NCBI GenBank assembly: GCA_964016885.1
Contig: CAXHJY010000768.1
Span: forward strand, 62,001-126,000
DNA length: 64,000 bases
From: Eledone cirrhosa
Lineage: Eukaryota
Direction of reading: 5' to 3'
Shown piece after piece: positions 42,152 to 54,803 of the stretch (the stretch's first letter is position 1; each line of letters opens with the position of its first letter). The notes below the pieces were generated by a model, which did no database searches, was not told the DNA's origin, and saw only the letters and a list, made by a program, of their open reading frames with translations. The position numbers were made by a program, and so were the translations under genes.

Positions 42152-43869
42152 CCTTTTAGCATTCATATTACTCTATATATACTATAGTATTTTCACAGTA
42201 AAGGCTTTACCTCACATAATATCTCACATAACATTTACATTACTCTATATATACTATTGTATTTTCACAGTAAAGGCTTTACCTCACATAATATCTCACA
42301 TAACATTTACCTTACACTATATATACTATAGTATTATCATAGTAAAGGCTTTACCTCACATAATATCTCACATAACATTTACATTACTCTATATATACTC
42401 AGTAAAGGCTTTACCTCACATAATATCTCACATAACATTTACATTACTCTATATATACTATTGTATTATCACAGTAAAGGCTTTACCTCACATAATATCT
42501 CACATAACATTTACATTACTCTATATATACTATTGTATTTTCACAGTAAGGCTTTACCTCACATAATATCTCACATAACATTTACATTACTCTATATATA
42601 CTCTTGTATTATCATAGTAAAGGCTTTACCTCACATAATATCTCACATAACATTTACATTACTCTATATATACTATTGTATTTTCACAGTAAAGGCTTTA
42701 CCTCACATAATATCTCACATAACATTTACCTTACACTATATATACTATAGTATTATCATAGTAAAGGCTTTACCTCACATAATATCTCACATAACATTTA
42801 CATTACTCTATATATACTATTGTATTTTCACAGTAAAGGCTTTACCTCACATAATATCTCACATAACATTTACATTACTCTATATATACTATTGTATTTT
42901 CACAGTAAAGGCTTTACCTCACATAATATCTCACATAACATTTACATTACTCTATATATACTATTGTATTATCACAGTAAAGGCTTTACCTCACATAATA
43001 TCTCACATAACATTTACATTACTCTATATATATACTATTGTATTGTCACAGTAAAGGCTTTACCTCACATAATATCTCACATAACATCTACATTACTCTA
43101 TATATACTATTGTATTTTCACAGTAAAGGCTTTACCTCACATAATATCTCACATAACATTTACATTACTCTATATATACTATTGTATTTTCACAGTAAAG
43201 GCTTTACCTCACAATTATCTCACATAACATTTACATTACTCTATATATACTATTGTATTTTCACAGTAAAGACTTTACCTCACATAATATCTCACATAAC
43301 ATTTACATTACTCTATATATACTATTATATTTTCACGGTAAAGGTTTTACCTCACATAATATCTCACATAACATTTACATTACTCTATATATACTCTTGT
43401 ATTTTCACAGTAAAGGCTTTACCTCACATAATATCTCACATAACATTTACATTACTCTATATATACTATTGTATTTTCACAGTAAAGGCTTTACCTCACA
43501 TAATATCTCACATAACATTTACATTACTCTATATATACTATTGTATTTTCACAGTAAAGGCTTTACCTCACAATTATCTCACATAACATTTACATTACTC
43601 TATATATACTATTGTATTTTCACAGTAAAGTCTTTACCTCACATAATATCTCACATAACATTTACATTACTCTATATATACTATTGTATTTTCACAGTAA
43701 AGGCTTTACCTCACATAATATCTCACATAATATCGAATCTATGAGATTTTGAAAGTATTTATTTTGAGAACAATACCTTAACATCAGTTTGAGTGACCAG
43801 TTACAGCCAGTTTCAACAGAAAAGGGTAGAGAATTCTGGCCGGTTTGGGCCGGTTTGAATACTAAAGGG
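42152..43869. mobile_element. piggyBac-like MITE (TTAA TSD, 14-bp TIR) containing a 72-bp satellite of about 21 copies (42165-43730)
   Basis: TTAA|ccttttagcattca ... tgaatactaaaggg|TTAA, TIRs 12/14 complementary; TTAA at 42148-42151 and 43870-43873. Confidence 0.75.
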
Positions 43870-44230
43870 TTAAGTGAGGAAAAGTTTTGCACCTGGCCAA
43901 TCCCACTCTCTGAACATCAAATGCATTTACCCCCAAAAGTAGAACTGGTCTACACCATTGGATGCAAACAAGGTCACAGGTTTTACATCAGAGTGACCTC
44001 CTACAGAGATGTCTCAATGAAGACTAAGAGTCCCTCGTTCCACAAAAACACTTCACTGGAAGGTCATTGACTCACCTGTGTCCTCCACCCTTTGATGGTT
44101 CCTGTTTTTCACCTTGCAGGGTGTCCAAAATCCCCATCCCCCCACCAAGCTTACTTAGTCATACACACATACACAAACACAGATACACACGCACATACAT
44201 GCAGACACACATACACACATACACGCATAC

Positions 44231-44261
<31 letters not shown>

Positions 44262-44272
44262 TACATACATAT

Positions 44273-44505
44273 GGAAACTTCCACATCAACAGTGACATAG
44301 ACCACCTCTACTTGAAACGTAAGCAGGGAGGGGCAGAGGCCTAACATCAGTCCAGACAGCGTTTGAATGTCGCATCATATCCCTCCGACAACATCTACAA
44401 ACCTCGAAGCGTAGGAGCCTGTCTCTCGAGCAAGTCTATCTGCATGAGACAGATAACATCATGAGAGTTGGGATGGAATTCCTCGAGAGATATTCCCTGT
44501 GTGAT
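44273..44505 (+). pseudogene. R4/Dong-like (RLE-type) LINE fragment, post-RT thumb region
   Basis: With one frameshift it reads FHINSDIDHLYLKRKQGG/RGLTSVQTAFECRIISLRQHL, matching the SDxDRLYxxRxxGGRGL motif. Confidence 0.65.
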
Positions 44506-44507
44506 AA

Positions 44508-46800
44508 TCAAAAACGTCGGTGCTCGACACCATTACCGTCATGTTGTTGGCATAAGTCGACACCGCTTTGCACAGTCCTGGTTCTAGAGGGATGCCCTGC
44601 AACAGCTCCAATTTCCACAGTAGTGGCTCTAGAGTCAATACATACAGAAGGGAGGAGAGAGGTCATCCCTGTCAAATGGAACGCGTGATTGCAAACGGCT
44701 CCGATAGGTAGCCACTCACCTTGACCTCTGAACATGGGGCCGAAACCGGCCACCTTGAAAACCGCTTCCAAGTATCGATGGTCGACCCTATCGAATGCCT
44801 TAGACTGATCCAAATTGATCAGAGCCCCACCGAAGCCAGGTTTACTACCCACCCTATCTATGATGTATCGCATGAGGTGGAGGTTGTCGTGTATTGACCT
44901 GGTCGGGATTGCACACGTTTGCGCTTTCTCTACTAGGTTCTCAACGACAAGCGCCAACCTCGTCGCTAGCACCTTGGCCAAAATCTTTAACCCTGTGTTG
45001 AGCAGAGTTATGGGCCTGAAGTTGTTAATTTCGTCCCCCTTGTTCTCGTCTTTCCTGATCAGCGTTACTACGCCTTTGCCTGCAGAACTGGGAATTCTCC
45101 CGTTCTGCTGCCAATTACAGTAGATGGCTTCGAGGACGCCAGAGAACAAGTCTGGCATGCCTATGTAAAACTGGTGGTTGTTTTAGTGTTGGTGTTGGTA
45201 ACAGTGTTTTCTGTTGTATTGTTTTAGGTGTGTGGTGCTATTGCAACAAAAGCAATGTGGTTTTCGTCCCTCCACCGAAATGTTTATGTCGCTGTTGTTG
45301 TCCACCAGCACTTTTTCTGGTATTTTGGAGATTCTTTCCGGGCTCATTTGCACCAGCATCTCCAAATTTGTACCAGACCAGGTGTGTCTGGTTGACTTTT
45401 TGATGGAGAGAATGGTGTCTTTTCTCTCCTCTAAAAATCCTGCCAATATCCACCAAATATTAATATTTGGTGGTATGTTTGAAACTCTAATTTTTTGTGT
45501 CTTTTTTCCCAGGTATGTAGGGAAAAAGGTGTATTTTTGTGACAGTATTGGCATCAATGAGTATCTTTGTGCAAGGGCCTCGCTTTTGAGGAGTACCGAA
45601 ATACTTCTGTACTGTTTGGCCCTCTACATAAAGTCAATGTCTGACAATATCTCTTTCAAGGTTGCCTCAATTCCCTCTTGACTGAGGAATGCTGGTCGTT
45701 TTGTTTCATTTGAAACAGTTCTGAAGGTAATTGTCCTTCGAAATGTTTCCAGACGAATTTCTGGGAGTGAGTTTATCTGAAATCCCCCGTTTTCACCAAA
45801 AGTGATAAACTCCTTTGCTTCAGAGAGCATCTGTTTCGCATTGGAGATATCAAGATCCTTGAACTCTTGTGACTTGAGGACTGGTTGCGCCAAAGTTTTT
45901 TTGGCGTTGTTGTTATTGTTTTGTTGTGGTTGTCGGTTTTTCCGTTTGTAGTTGTGTCAATGGTTTCATTTTCTGTTGTTTTTTCTGTCTGTTGTACCAT
46001 GTGTGGTACAATCTTGTTTTTAATTTTTGTTGTCCATATTGGTTTCCATGGTGACGCCAATACATGCGGAGTTAGAGGTAACATCAGGGCGGTGGATTGG
46101 CAGTATCGGTAGAGGGTCGGACGCCATGCTTTGACGCATAGAGTTACGACCCTTGCCATTCTGAGTTCAAATCCCGCCGAGGTAAACTTTGCCTTTCATC
46201 TTTACGGGGTCGATAAAATAAAGTACCAGTAACGTACTGGGTAATTGTGGCCTTGTGCCAAAAGTAGAAACAATTATTATTTGTGACTGTTTTTGTAAAA
46301 GTTATTTTTTTGGTGTTGTTGTTGTTGCTGTTGTGGTTGTCGGGTTTTTCCGTTTGTAGTTGTGTCAATTGTTTTTTCTGTTGATTTTGGTGTGTGTTGT
46401 ACACTGTGTGGTTCACTGCATGTTTCAATTTTGTTTGTGTTGTCTACTTGACTTCCGTTACACAAAACTTTGTTGTTAACTACATCGATACAGGCAAAGT
46501 TCTTAGCAACGTTAAAGTCTATTTCTTCTTTTCTTTTTCCTTCTTCAACGTTCGTTAGCGTTCTTTGTACGCTTGCCATAGCTGATGGCAAAATATTAAA
46601 CATTTTTAACAGCTTTCAAATTAATTTCAAATTAAATTTTCGCCCCTGTGGGGTTGAAAAATGAGATTGCCGCCCAGCTGACAATTCAGCCTGGGGGTTA
46701 ATCTACAAAACAATGTGTTTTTTTTAAACAAGAATTTCTGTTTTTTGTAAATAAATTGACAGAAACTTAACAGCAAAATTGTGTGCATCCAGCTACCAAG
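44508..46800 (-). mobile_element. Internally deleted Tx1-clade LINE: 5' end next to (CTAT)n, broken ORF1 (about 45183-46600) and RT fragment (44508-45170); SINE-A inserted at 46087-46281
   Basis: ORF1 has IRVSNIPP and a CFCCNSTTHLKQ knuckle. The RT piece has NFRPITLLN..KILAKVLATRL and NLDQSKAFDRVDH. Confidence 0.82.
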
Positions 46801-47551
46801 ATAGATAGATAGATAGATAGATATATTTCTATTTATTGCCACGAGGGTGCAAAAAAAGGGGAAAAATAGATAGATAGACAGACAGATAGGTAGGTAGGTA
46901 GATAGATAGATATCTTTTTTCCTTTATTTATTTATCTATTATATCATCATCATCATCATCATCATCACCGTTTTACGTCCGTTCTTCCACGCTAGCATGG
47001 GTTAGACGGGTTGTCCTGTTGTGGGCAGTGTCTGGTCGGCTGACCATGCCTTGCTCATACAGGAACTGATTCTGGCTTGATTTCTACAGCTGGATGCCCT
47101 TCCTAACACCAACCTCATTTACAGTGAGTGCTGGGTGCTTTTTCGTGGCACCTACACGTCCACTTTACAGTGTGGGCTGGGTGCTTTTTTGCCGTGGCAC
47201 CTCCATGACTACCTTGCAGTGGGAGGGTGTGGGGGCATATTGTCTATATGCTTCAGCTTGTACCCATGGGAGGTCGGGTACTCTGTATTACTGCGTGACT
47301 GCGTCACAGTCGTGTGTCATCACCTTTGAGAGGTGTAATTGGGTAAGGTCGGCTTTTATCACCTCATCCCAGGTCATCTTAGGTCTCCCCACTCCGCGGT
47401 TTCCATCGACTTCTAGTGCTCTGCACCTTTTTTTTATATATAAAGATATCTATCTATCTATTCATATCTCGCCCTCTCTCTCCATATATATACATATTTG
47501 TCTATCTATCTGTCTGTGTTTCTATCTATTTATTTGTCTATCTATCTATTT

Positions 47552-50031
47552 GTGATACGTGAGCCGAAGCAGATGTGCGCGGCCTTTCAGCGGCACTTTG
47601 CTCAACTGTTCGGGCAGGGTGGCATGCCGGGAGGGGCTATGGATTTTGGTCCATACCTTGACAGCCTGCCGCGACTCTCGGACAGCGAGGCGAAGTTCTG
47701 CGAAGGGCCAATTTCGGCTGCTGAGATAGGGAACGCGCTGAGCCAATGCGGCAAATGCAAATCTCCAGGTCTCGACGGTCTACCCTACGAATTTTACGTA
47801 GCAGTGTCGGACTTGTTCTCCGGTCTCCTGGAAGCAGTCTACTGCAACTGGCAACAGAACGGGAGAATTCCCAGTTCTGTGACCAAGGGCGTAATCACGT
47901 TAGTCAGGAAGGGGGATGACATAGGCAACATCCAGCCCATAACTCTGCTAAACACAGAGTTAAAGATTTTGGCCAAGGTGTTGGCAAAGAGGCTGGCGCT
48001 TGTCGTCGAAAACCTGGTGGGAGAAGCGCAGACATGCGCAATGCCGACCAGGTCCATACACGACAACCTCCACCTCATGCGATACATCATAGAGAGGGTC
48101 GGGTGTAAATCCGGCTTCGGTGGGGCCCTGATCAACTTGGATCAGTCTAAGGCTTTTGATAGGGTTGACCATTGTTACCTGGATGTGGTGCTCGAGGCGG
48201 CAGGCTTCGGACCCGTGTTCAGGGGATGGATTGCTGCAATGCACAACAGCAACATCTGCTCAAGGGTCAAGGTGAACGGCTACCTCTCGGAGCCGTTCCA
48301 TATCACGCGATCCATTTGACAGGGATGCCCTCTCTCCTCCCTTCTGTGCGTACTGACTCTCGAGCCACTACTGTGGAAGTTGGAGCTATTGCAGGGCATC
48401 CCTCTGGAACCGGGACTGCTAAAAGCGGCGTCAGCCTATGCCAACGATGTGAAAGTAATGGTGTCGAGCACCTTGCAAATCGGGGAGATCGGCACCTTAC
48501 TGGAGGAATACGAAAGGTTCACAGGAGCGAGGCTGAACCGGGACAATTCCGTCGGTTTGCAACTCGGAATGTGGAGAGGCAAACCAATGCCTTCCGATGC
48601 CGTCGTCGGACGCTGGACGGAAGGACTGGTAAAGCTGCTCGGGGTCTGGTTTGGTCCGGACCTCCAGGTGGAGAAGAAATAGAATGAGGTGACGGCCAAG
48701 GTGTTTGCATTCACCCAGAAGTGGGCTGAGTGCAAACTATCCTTGAAAGGTCGAGAGTAAGTGGCGAACACTTTTATAGCGTTTGTCATCTACTGTCATG
48801 CCTTGTCCAGCCAAAACGCTCACCAAAATGGAGCGCGCGCTCTTCTAATTCCTTTGGAATAAACGGGTTCCTTTGGTGAGAAGATCCATCTGCCGCCAAC
48901 ACCATTCAAACGGAGGGCTGGGGATGCCGTGGATGACGATGCGCAAACACGTGCTCAGGCTGCGGCACCTCTACGTATTCCTCACCGGACAACCGGTATG
49001 GGCCCCGTTCATGAGGCGAGCCTTCCCACGACTCGTCTTGCTGACCGAGCTGCAATCCTGGGTCAAGCAAAGACCGAGGAAAATGGGCGACTGGCACATC
49101 GAATGTGCTCAGGCACTCGCAGTCCTCTGGCAAATGGACCCGGCGATCAGTGAAGACTCCACTTCGTCATTCTATAGAGGGTTGGTCCGCAGCAAGTGCG
49201 ACGACGCGCTCGGAGAAACTCTAGGTGTAGAGGAAGACGAACTGGCCAGTCTGTTCGGTAGGACCTTCCGCCCGGGACCGATGGACAACTTCCAAAAGTC
49301 CCTGGCCTGGCAGTGCTACCGAGGAGCTCAACCAGTTCGAGAGAAGCTCTACAGATATGGGCGCCGGGGCAGGGACACTTCGAAAAAGATCTGTCCGAGA
49401 TGCGTGCGCAACGAGGAAACCGTCGCGCACGCATTTGTACACTGTCTGGGCGTTACCGACCTGTGGGGCTATGTAGAACGACTATTGTCACGGGTGGGAC
49501 CAATCCAGTTGACCACCGAGTCCATTGTCATGATCAAACTGCTACCCTCCTTCAAAAACGAGGGAGAGTCGGTTTTCCTATGTGTTATGGCTATGGTGAA
49601 AGAGGTTGTATGGTGGACAAGGTTGAAAGCGCTGAGGTCAGACACCTTTCTCTCCGGCCAACAACTGATTCGTTTTTTCAAATATCACTTTGGAAGAAGA
49701 ATCAGGATGGAGAGAGAGGTGCTGTACCCCAGCAACTTTTATAAAAGGTGGGTGAATGTGGCGAAGATGGCCCGAGTGGTTGGGTCTTCTCTCTATATAA
49801 GGCTGTAGGTTGAGAGAAGAGAGGAAGGGAGTACTCACTCTTGGTGCTCCTGGAGATAAGGGTTGTACATTTTTTCGGGGTGTGTACAACCCCTGTGTAA
49901 CTCCTCCCCCCTATTGTGGATTTCAATTGTTATTTGTTGTTTTATTAATAGTTATATTTTCATATACCTGTATGTAAACTCCCCAATTGTATTTGTCCCC
50001 TTCTTTTGTGCCCTTGTGGCTAATAAAGAAA
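47552..50031 (+). mobile_element. 5'-truncated Tx1-clade LINE ORF2 pseudogene (RT plus C-terminal CCHC) with 3' UTR, inserted in (TCTA)n
   Basis: KSPGLDGLPYEFY, LDQSKAFDRVDH, *QGCPLS, YAND (from YADD), GGLGMP, CPRC..ETVAHAFVHC; several stops and frameshifts; AATAAA tail. Confidence 0.93.
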
Positions 50032-50325
50032 TTTATCTGTCTATTTGTCTGTCTCTCTCTCCATCTATGTATCTACACACTCATATACACCACCTAACCC
50101 CACATATATACACACACACACATACACATCTATATACACACATACACACACATATATATACACCACCTACCCACATCTATATACACACTTTATCCTCCAC
50201 ATACACACATCTATATACACCCTCTACCCCATATATACACACACATATCTTTTCCTCTTAATGAGATCCCCAAAATCCCTTATTCCAGCTGATCCCTGCT
50301 AGAGTGGGATTTAGCTGTGTTGGAT

Positions 50326-50366
<41 letters not shown>

Positions 50367-50402
50367 CATATAATATATATATATATGTATGAGTGTGTGT
50401 AT

Positions 50403-50462
<60 letters not shown>

Positions 50463-50671
50463 GTACGAGTGTGTGTATTTATATATATATATATCTCTCT
50501 CTCTATATATATATATGTGTGTGTGTATATATATATGTGTGTGTGTGTGTGTGTCTATATATGTGCGCGTGTCTATATATATATGTGTGTGTGTATATAT
50601 GTGTGTGTGTGTGTGTGTATATATATGTGTGTGTGTCTATATATATGTGTGTGTGTCTATATATATGTGTG

Positions 50672-50702
<31 letters not shown>

Positions 50703-50904
50703 CTATATATGTGTGTGTGTCTATATATATATATGTGTGTGTCTATATATGTGTGTGTGTGTGTGTATGTATGTGTGTGTGAGTGTGTGTATTTATATAT
50801 ATATATATATGTATACGCAATGAGAACTGGTTGAAACTGGTGGTGGCGTTGGTGGCCAGGGGTGGGGGTGGGAGCAAAGTAGTATCCTAATAAGGGTAAT
50901 GCTG

Positions 50905-52972
50905 CTGGTGATGAAGATGTGGATGGAGATGATGGTGATGATGATGGTGATGATGACACTGCTGCTGATTGTGATGATGATGGTGGTGATGATGGTGGTG
51001 ATGACACTGCTGCTGATTGTGATGATGATGGTGGTGATGATGGTGGTGATGACACTGCTGCTGATTGTGATGATGATGGTGATGATGATGGTGGTGATGA
51101 CACTGCTGCTGATTGTGATGATGATGGTGATGATGATGGTGGTGATGACACTGCTGCTGATTGTGATGATGATGGTGATGATGATGGTGGTGATGACACT
51201 GCTGCTGATTGTGATGATGATGGTGATGATGACACTGCTGCTGATTGTGATGATGATGGTGATGTTATGATGGTGGTGATGACACTGCTGCTGATTGTGA
51301 TGGTGATGGTGATGATGACACTGCTGCTGATTGTGATGATGATGGTGATGATGATGGTGGTGATGACACTGCTGCTGATTGTGATGGTGATGGTGATGAT
51401 GACACTGCTGCTGATTGTAATGATGATGGTGATGTTATGATGGTGGTGATGACACTGCTGCTGATTGTGATGATGATGGTGATGATGATGGTGGTGATGA
51501 CACTGCTGCTGATTGTGATGATGATGGTGGTGATGACACTGCTGCTGATGGTGATGATGATGGTGGTGATGATGGTGGTGATGATGGTGGTGATGGTGTT
51601 ATGATGGTGGTGATGATGGTGGTGGTGGTGATGATGATGATGATGGTGGTGATAATGAAAATAAAATGACAATTATTGCTAATGGAGACATGGAATTGGT
51701 AAAGATTAGGATAAAGGGTGAGGTAGGGATTAGGGGAGAAAGGCTGAAGATTGCAGGGGACAGAAGATAGAAGATAAAAGATAGAAGATAAAAGATAGAA
51801 GAGAGAAGATAGAAGAGAGAAGGAAGAAGATAGAAGATAGAAGAGAGAAGATAGAAGAGAGAAGGGAGAAGATAGAAGATAGAAGAGAGAAGATAGAAGA
51901 GAGAAGGGAGAAGATAAAAGATAGAAGATAAAATATAGAAGAGAGAAGGGAGAAGATAGAAGAGAGAAGATAGAAGAGAGAAGGGAGAAGATAGAAGATA
52001 GAAGATAGAAGAGAGAATGGAGAAGATAGAAGATAGAAGAGAGAAGGGAGAAGATAGAAGATAGAAGATAGAAGATAGAAGAGAGAAGGAAGAAGATAGA
52101 AGATAGAAGATAGAAGAGAGAAGGGAGAAGATAGAAGATAGAAGAGAGAAGATAGAAGAGAGAAGGGAGAAGATAGAAGATAGAAGAGAGAAGGGAGAAG
52201 ATAGAAGATAGAAGATAGAAGAGAGAAGGGAGAAGATAGAAGATAGAAGAGAGAAGGGAGAAGATAGAAGGGAGAAGATAGAAGAGAGAAGAGAGAAGAG
52301 AGAAGATAGAAGACAGAAGATAGAAGATAGAAGGGATAAGATAGAAGATAGAAGACAGAAGATAGAAGAGAGAAGATAGAAGAGAGAAGATAGAAGACAG
52401 AAGATAGAAGATAGAAGACAGAAGAGAGAAGACAGAAGATAGAAAACAGAAGATAGAAGATAGAAGACAGAAGACAGAAGAGAGAAGACAGAAGACAGAA
52501 GAGAGAAGACAGAAGATAGAAGACAGAAGATAGAAGACAGAAGATAGAAGACAGAAGATAGAAGGGAGAAGATAGAAGAGAGAAGACAGAAGAGAGAAGA
52601 CAGAAGAGAGAAGACAGAAGATAGAAAACAGAAGATAGAAGAGAGAAGACAGAAGAGAGAAGACAGAAGACAGAAGACAGAAGATAGAAGACAGAAGATA
52701 GAAGGGAGAAGATAGAAGAGAGAAGACAGAAGAGAGAAGACAGAAGAGAGAAGACAGAAGAGAGAAGACAGAAGAGAGAAGACAGAAGATAGAAGAGAGA
52801 AGATAGAAGACAGAAGATAAAAGATAGAAGATAGAAGACAGAAGATAAAAGATAGAAGATAGAAGACAGAAGATAAAAGATAGAAGATAGAAGACAGAAG
52901 ATAGAAGATAGAAGATAGAAGACAGAAGATAGAAGACAGAAGAGAGAAGACAGAAGACAGAAGACAGAAGAC
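50905..52972. repeat. Adjacent (GAT/GGT)-rich about 42-bp repeat (50905-51655) and 7-bp AGAAGAT/AGAAGAC repeat (51762-52972)
   Basis: Directly visible. Confidence 0.95.
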
Positions 52973-53300
52973 ACTCACTGTTTGGGTTGGTTTTTGATTC
53001 AGTATATTTTTTATATTTCTATAATTATTTCAGTTTGCAATATTATAAGATTACAAGAATACAAGGGAGGAAACATAGTAACATCACTGATGATGACACA
53101 AATGTGTGACAAAAGAACTCTGAGAAACTATATTAATGTTTACATTTTCAACTTTTGGTCAATCATTGATAAATGATTGCCAGCTGAAATAATTATAGAA
53201 ATATAAAAATATACTGCAGCGAAAACCAAACAATGAGTGTGTTTTACTATATTTTTCTGGCAATTTTATAACAACATGACCCTCCCTAAATATAACAATA
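52971..53300 (+). mobile_element. Older H6-type fold-back element with a degenerate loop hammerhead (53084-53123)
   Basis: Inverted arms about 52971-53041 / 53176-53240; tca-CTGATGA-t gacaca aatg tgtgac-AAAA-gaac-TC-tga; shares the end caacatgaccctccc..tataacaata with the 32.8-kb element. Confidence 0.65.
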
Positions 53301-53469
53301 TATATACACACACACACACATGTACACAGGTATTATATGGACACACGCATACACATATGTACACAGGTATTTACACATGTATGTACACATAATCCAATTC
53401 CACACTGCACGACACCCCTCCTCCACACCGTTCTATAACTCTATAAACAACTTCACATCTTTATAATTA

Positions 53470-54056
53470 TAAGGGCCAGCAATTATCCCAGGTACAAGGC
53501 CAGCAATTATCCCAGTGTATTACAGGTACTTTATTTTATCGACCTCACAATAATTCTTTCTACTTTTGGCACAATGCCAACAATTATCCCAATGTATTAC
53601 TGGTATTTTATTTTATTTTATCGACCCCGTAATAATTGTTTCTACTTTTGGCACAAGGCCAGCAATTATCCCAGTGTATTACAGGTACTTTATTTTATCG
53701 ACCCCGTAATAATTATTTCTACTTTTGGCACAAGGCCAGCAATTATCCTAGTGTATTACAGGTACTTTATTTTATCGACCCCGTAATAATTGTTTCTACT
53801 TTTGGCACAATGCCAGCAATTACGCCAGTGTATTACTGGTACTTTATTTTATCGACCCCGCAATAATTCTTTCTACTTTTGGCACAAGGCCAGCAATTAC
53901 GCCAGTGTATTACTGGTACTTTATTTTATCGACCCCGTAAAGATGAAAGGCGAAGTTAACCTCTGATGGATTTGAACTCAGACCATAGAGGGCCGTAACT
54001 CTTTGCTGCAAAGCATGGCGTCCGACCCTCTACCGATTCTGCCAGTCCACCGCCCT
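53470..54056 (-). repeat. SINE-A with about 6 tandem 77-bp 3' units
   Basis: Same unit and junction as the 2885-4265 array. Confidence 0.88.
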
Positions 54057-54779
54057 TTCACATCTTTATAATAAGGAACGAAAGACATGGAGAAGGAGAA
54101 TAAGAACTTCGGAATAAAAATGAAGGATTTACAAATGACAAAAGAATGAAGGAAGGAAGGAAGGAAGGATAAAGGAAACAGAAAGAAAATTGTTGTGTTG
54201 TTGTTGTTGTTGTTACTGTTGTTGTAAGGAGAGTAATAGAGGGACAAAGGGAATTATAGAACAGAGGAGGGGGGGGTATCGAGAGAAGGAGGTGTGGTGT
54301 AGATAGAAAGATGTGTGGTATGTATAGAAAGGGGTGGCGTAGACAGAAAGGGGTGTGGTGTAGATAGAAAGGGGTGTGGTATGTATAGAAAGGGGTGGCG
54401 TAGACAGAAAGGGGTGTGGTGTAGATAGAAAGGGGTGTGGTGTAGATAGAAAGGGGTGTGGTGTAGACAGAAAGGGGTGTGGTGTAGATAGAAAGGGGTG
54501 TGGTGTATACAGAAAGGGTTGTTGTGTACATGGGAAAGGGGTGTGGTGTAGATAGAAAGGGGTGGCATAGACAGAAAGGGGTGTGGTGTAGATAGAAAGG
54601 GGTGTGGTGTATACAGAAAGGGGTGGCGTAGACAGAAAGGGGGTGTGGTGTAGATAGAAGAGTGTTAGAGTGGCACAGTAGGAGGGGTAGTAATAGTGGC
54701 ACAGTGGGAGGGGTAGTAATAGTGGCACAGTGGGAGGGGTAATAATAGAGTGGGGGTGGATTGCTAGAGTGTAACTTAC

Positions 54780-54803
54780 TATGAAGATGTTCTACTGGAA
54801 GGC
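54780..54803 (-). other. Duplicated 3' end of the 56917-57047 exon; candidate 24-nt cryptic/poison microexon
   Basis: agagtgtaacttactatgaagatgttctactggaagg copies the 56904-56946 region with a 6-nt deletion. It has its own pyrimidine tract plus cacag| acceptor and an ATA|gtaagt donor. Confidence 0.5.

Noticed and set aside
44060-44130. Minus-strand CAG|gtgagt donor as an extra IA-2 exon
   Set aside because: The flanking exons already join seamlessly into the conserved SSW|SEEP motif; no convincing acceptor or similarity.
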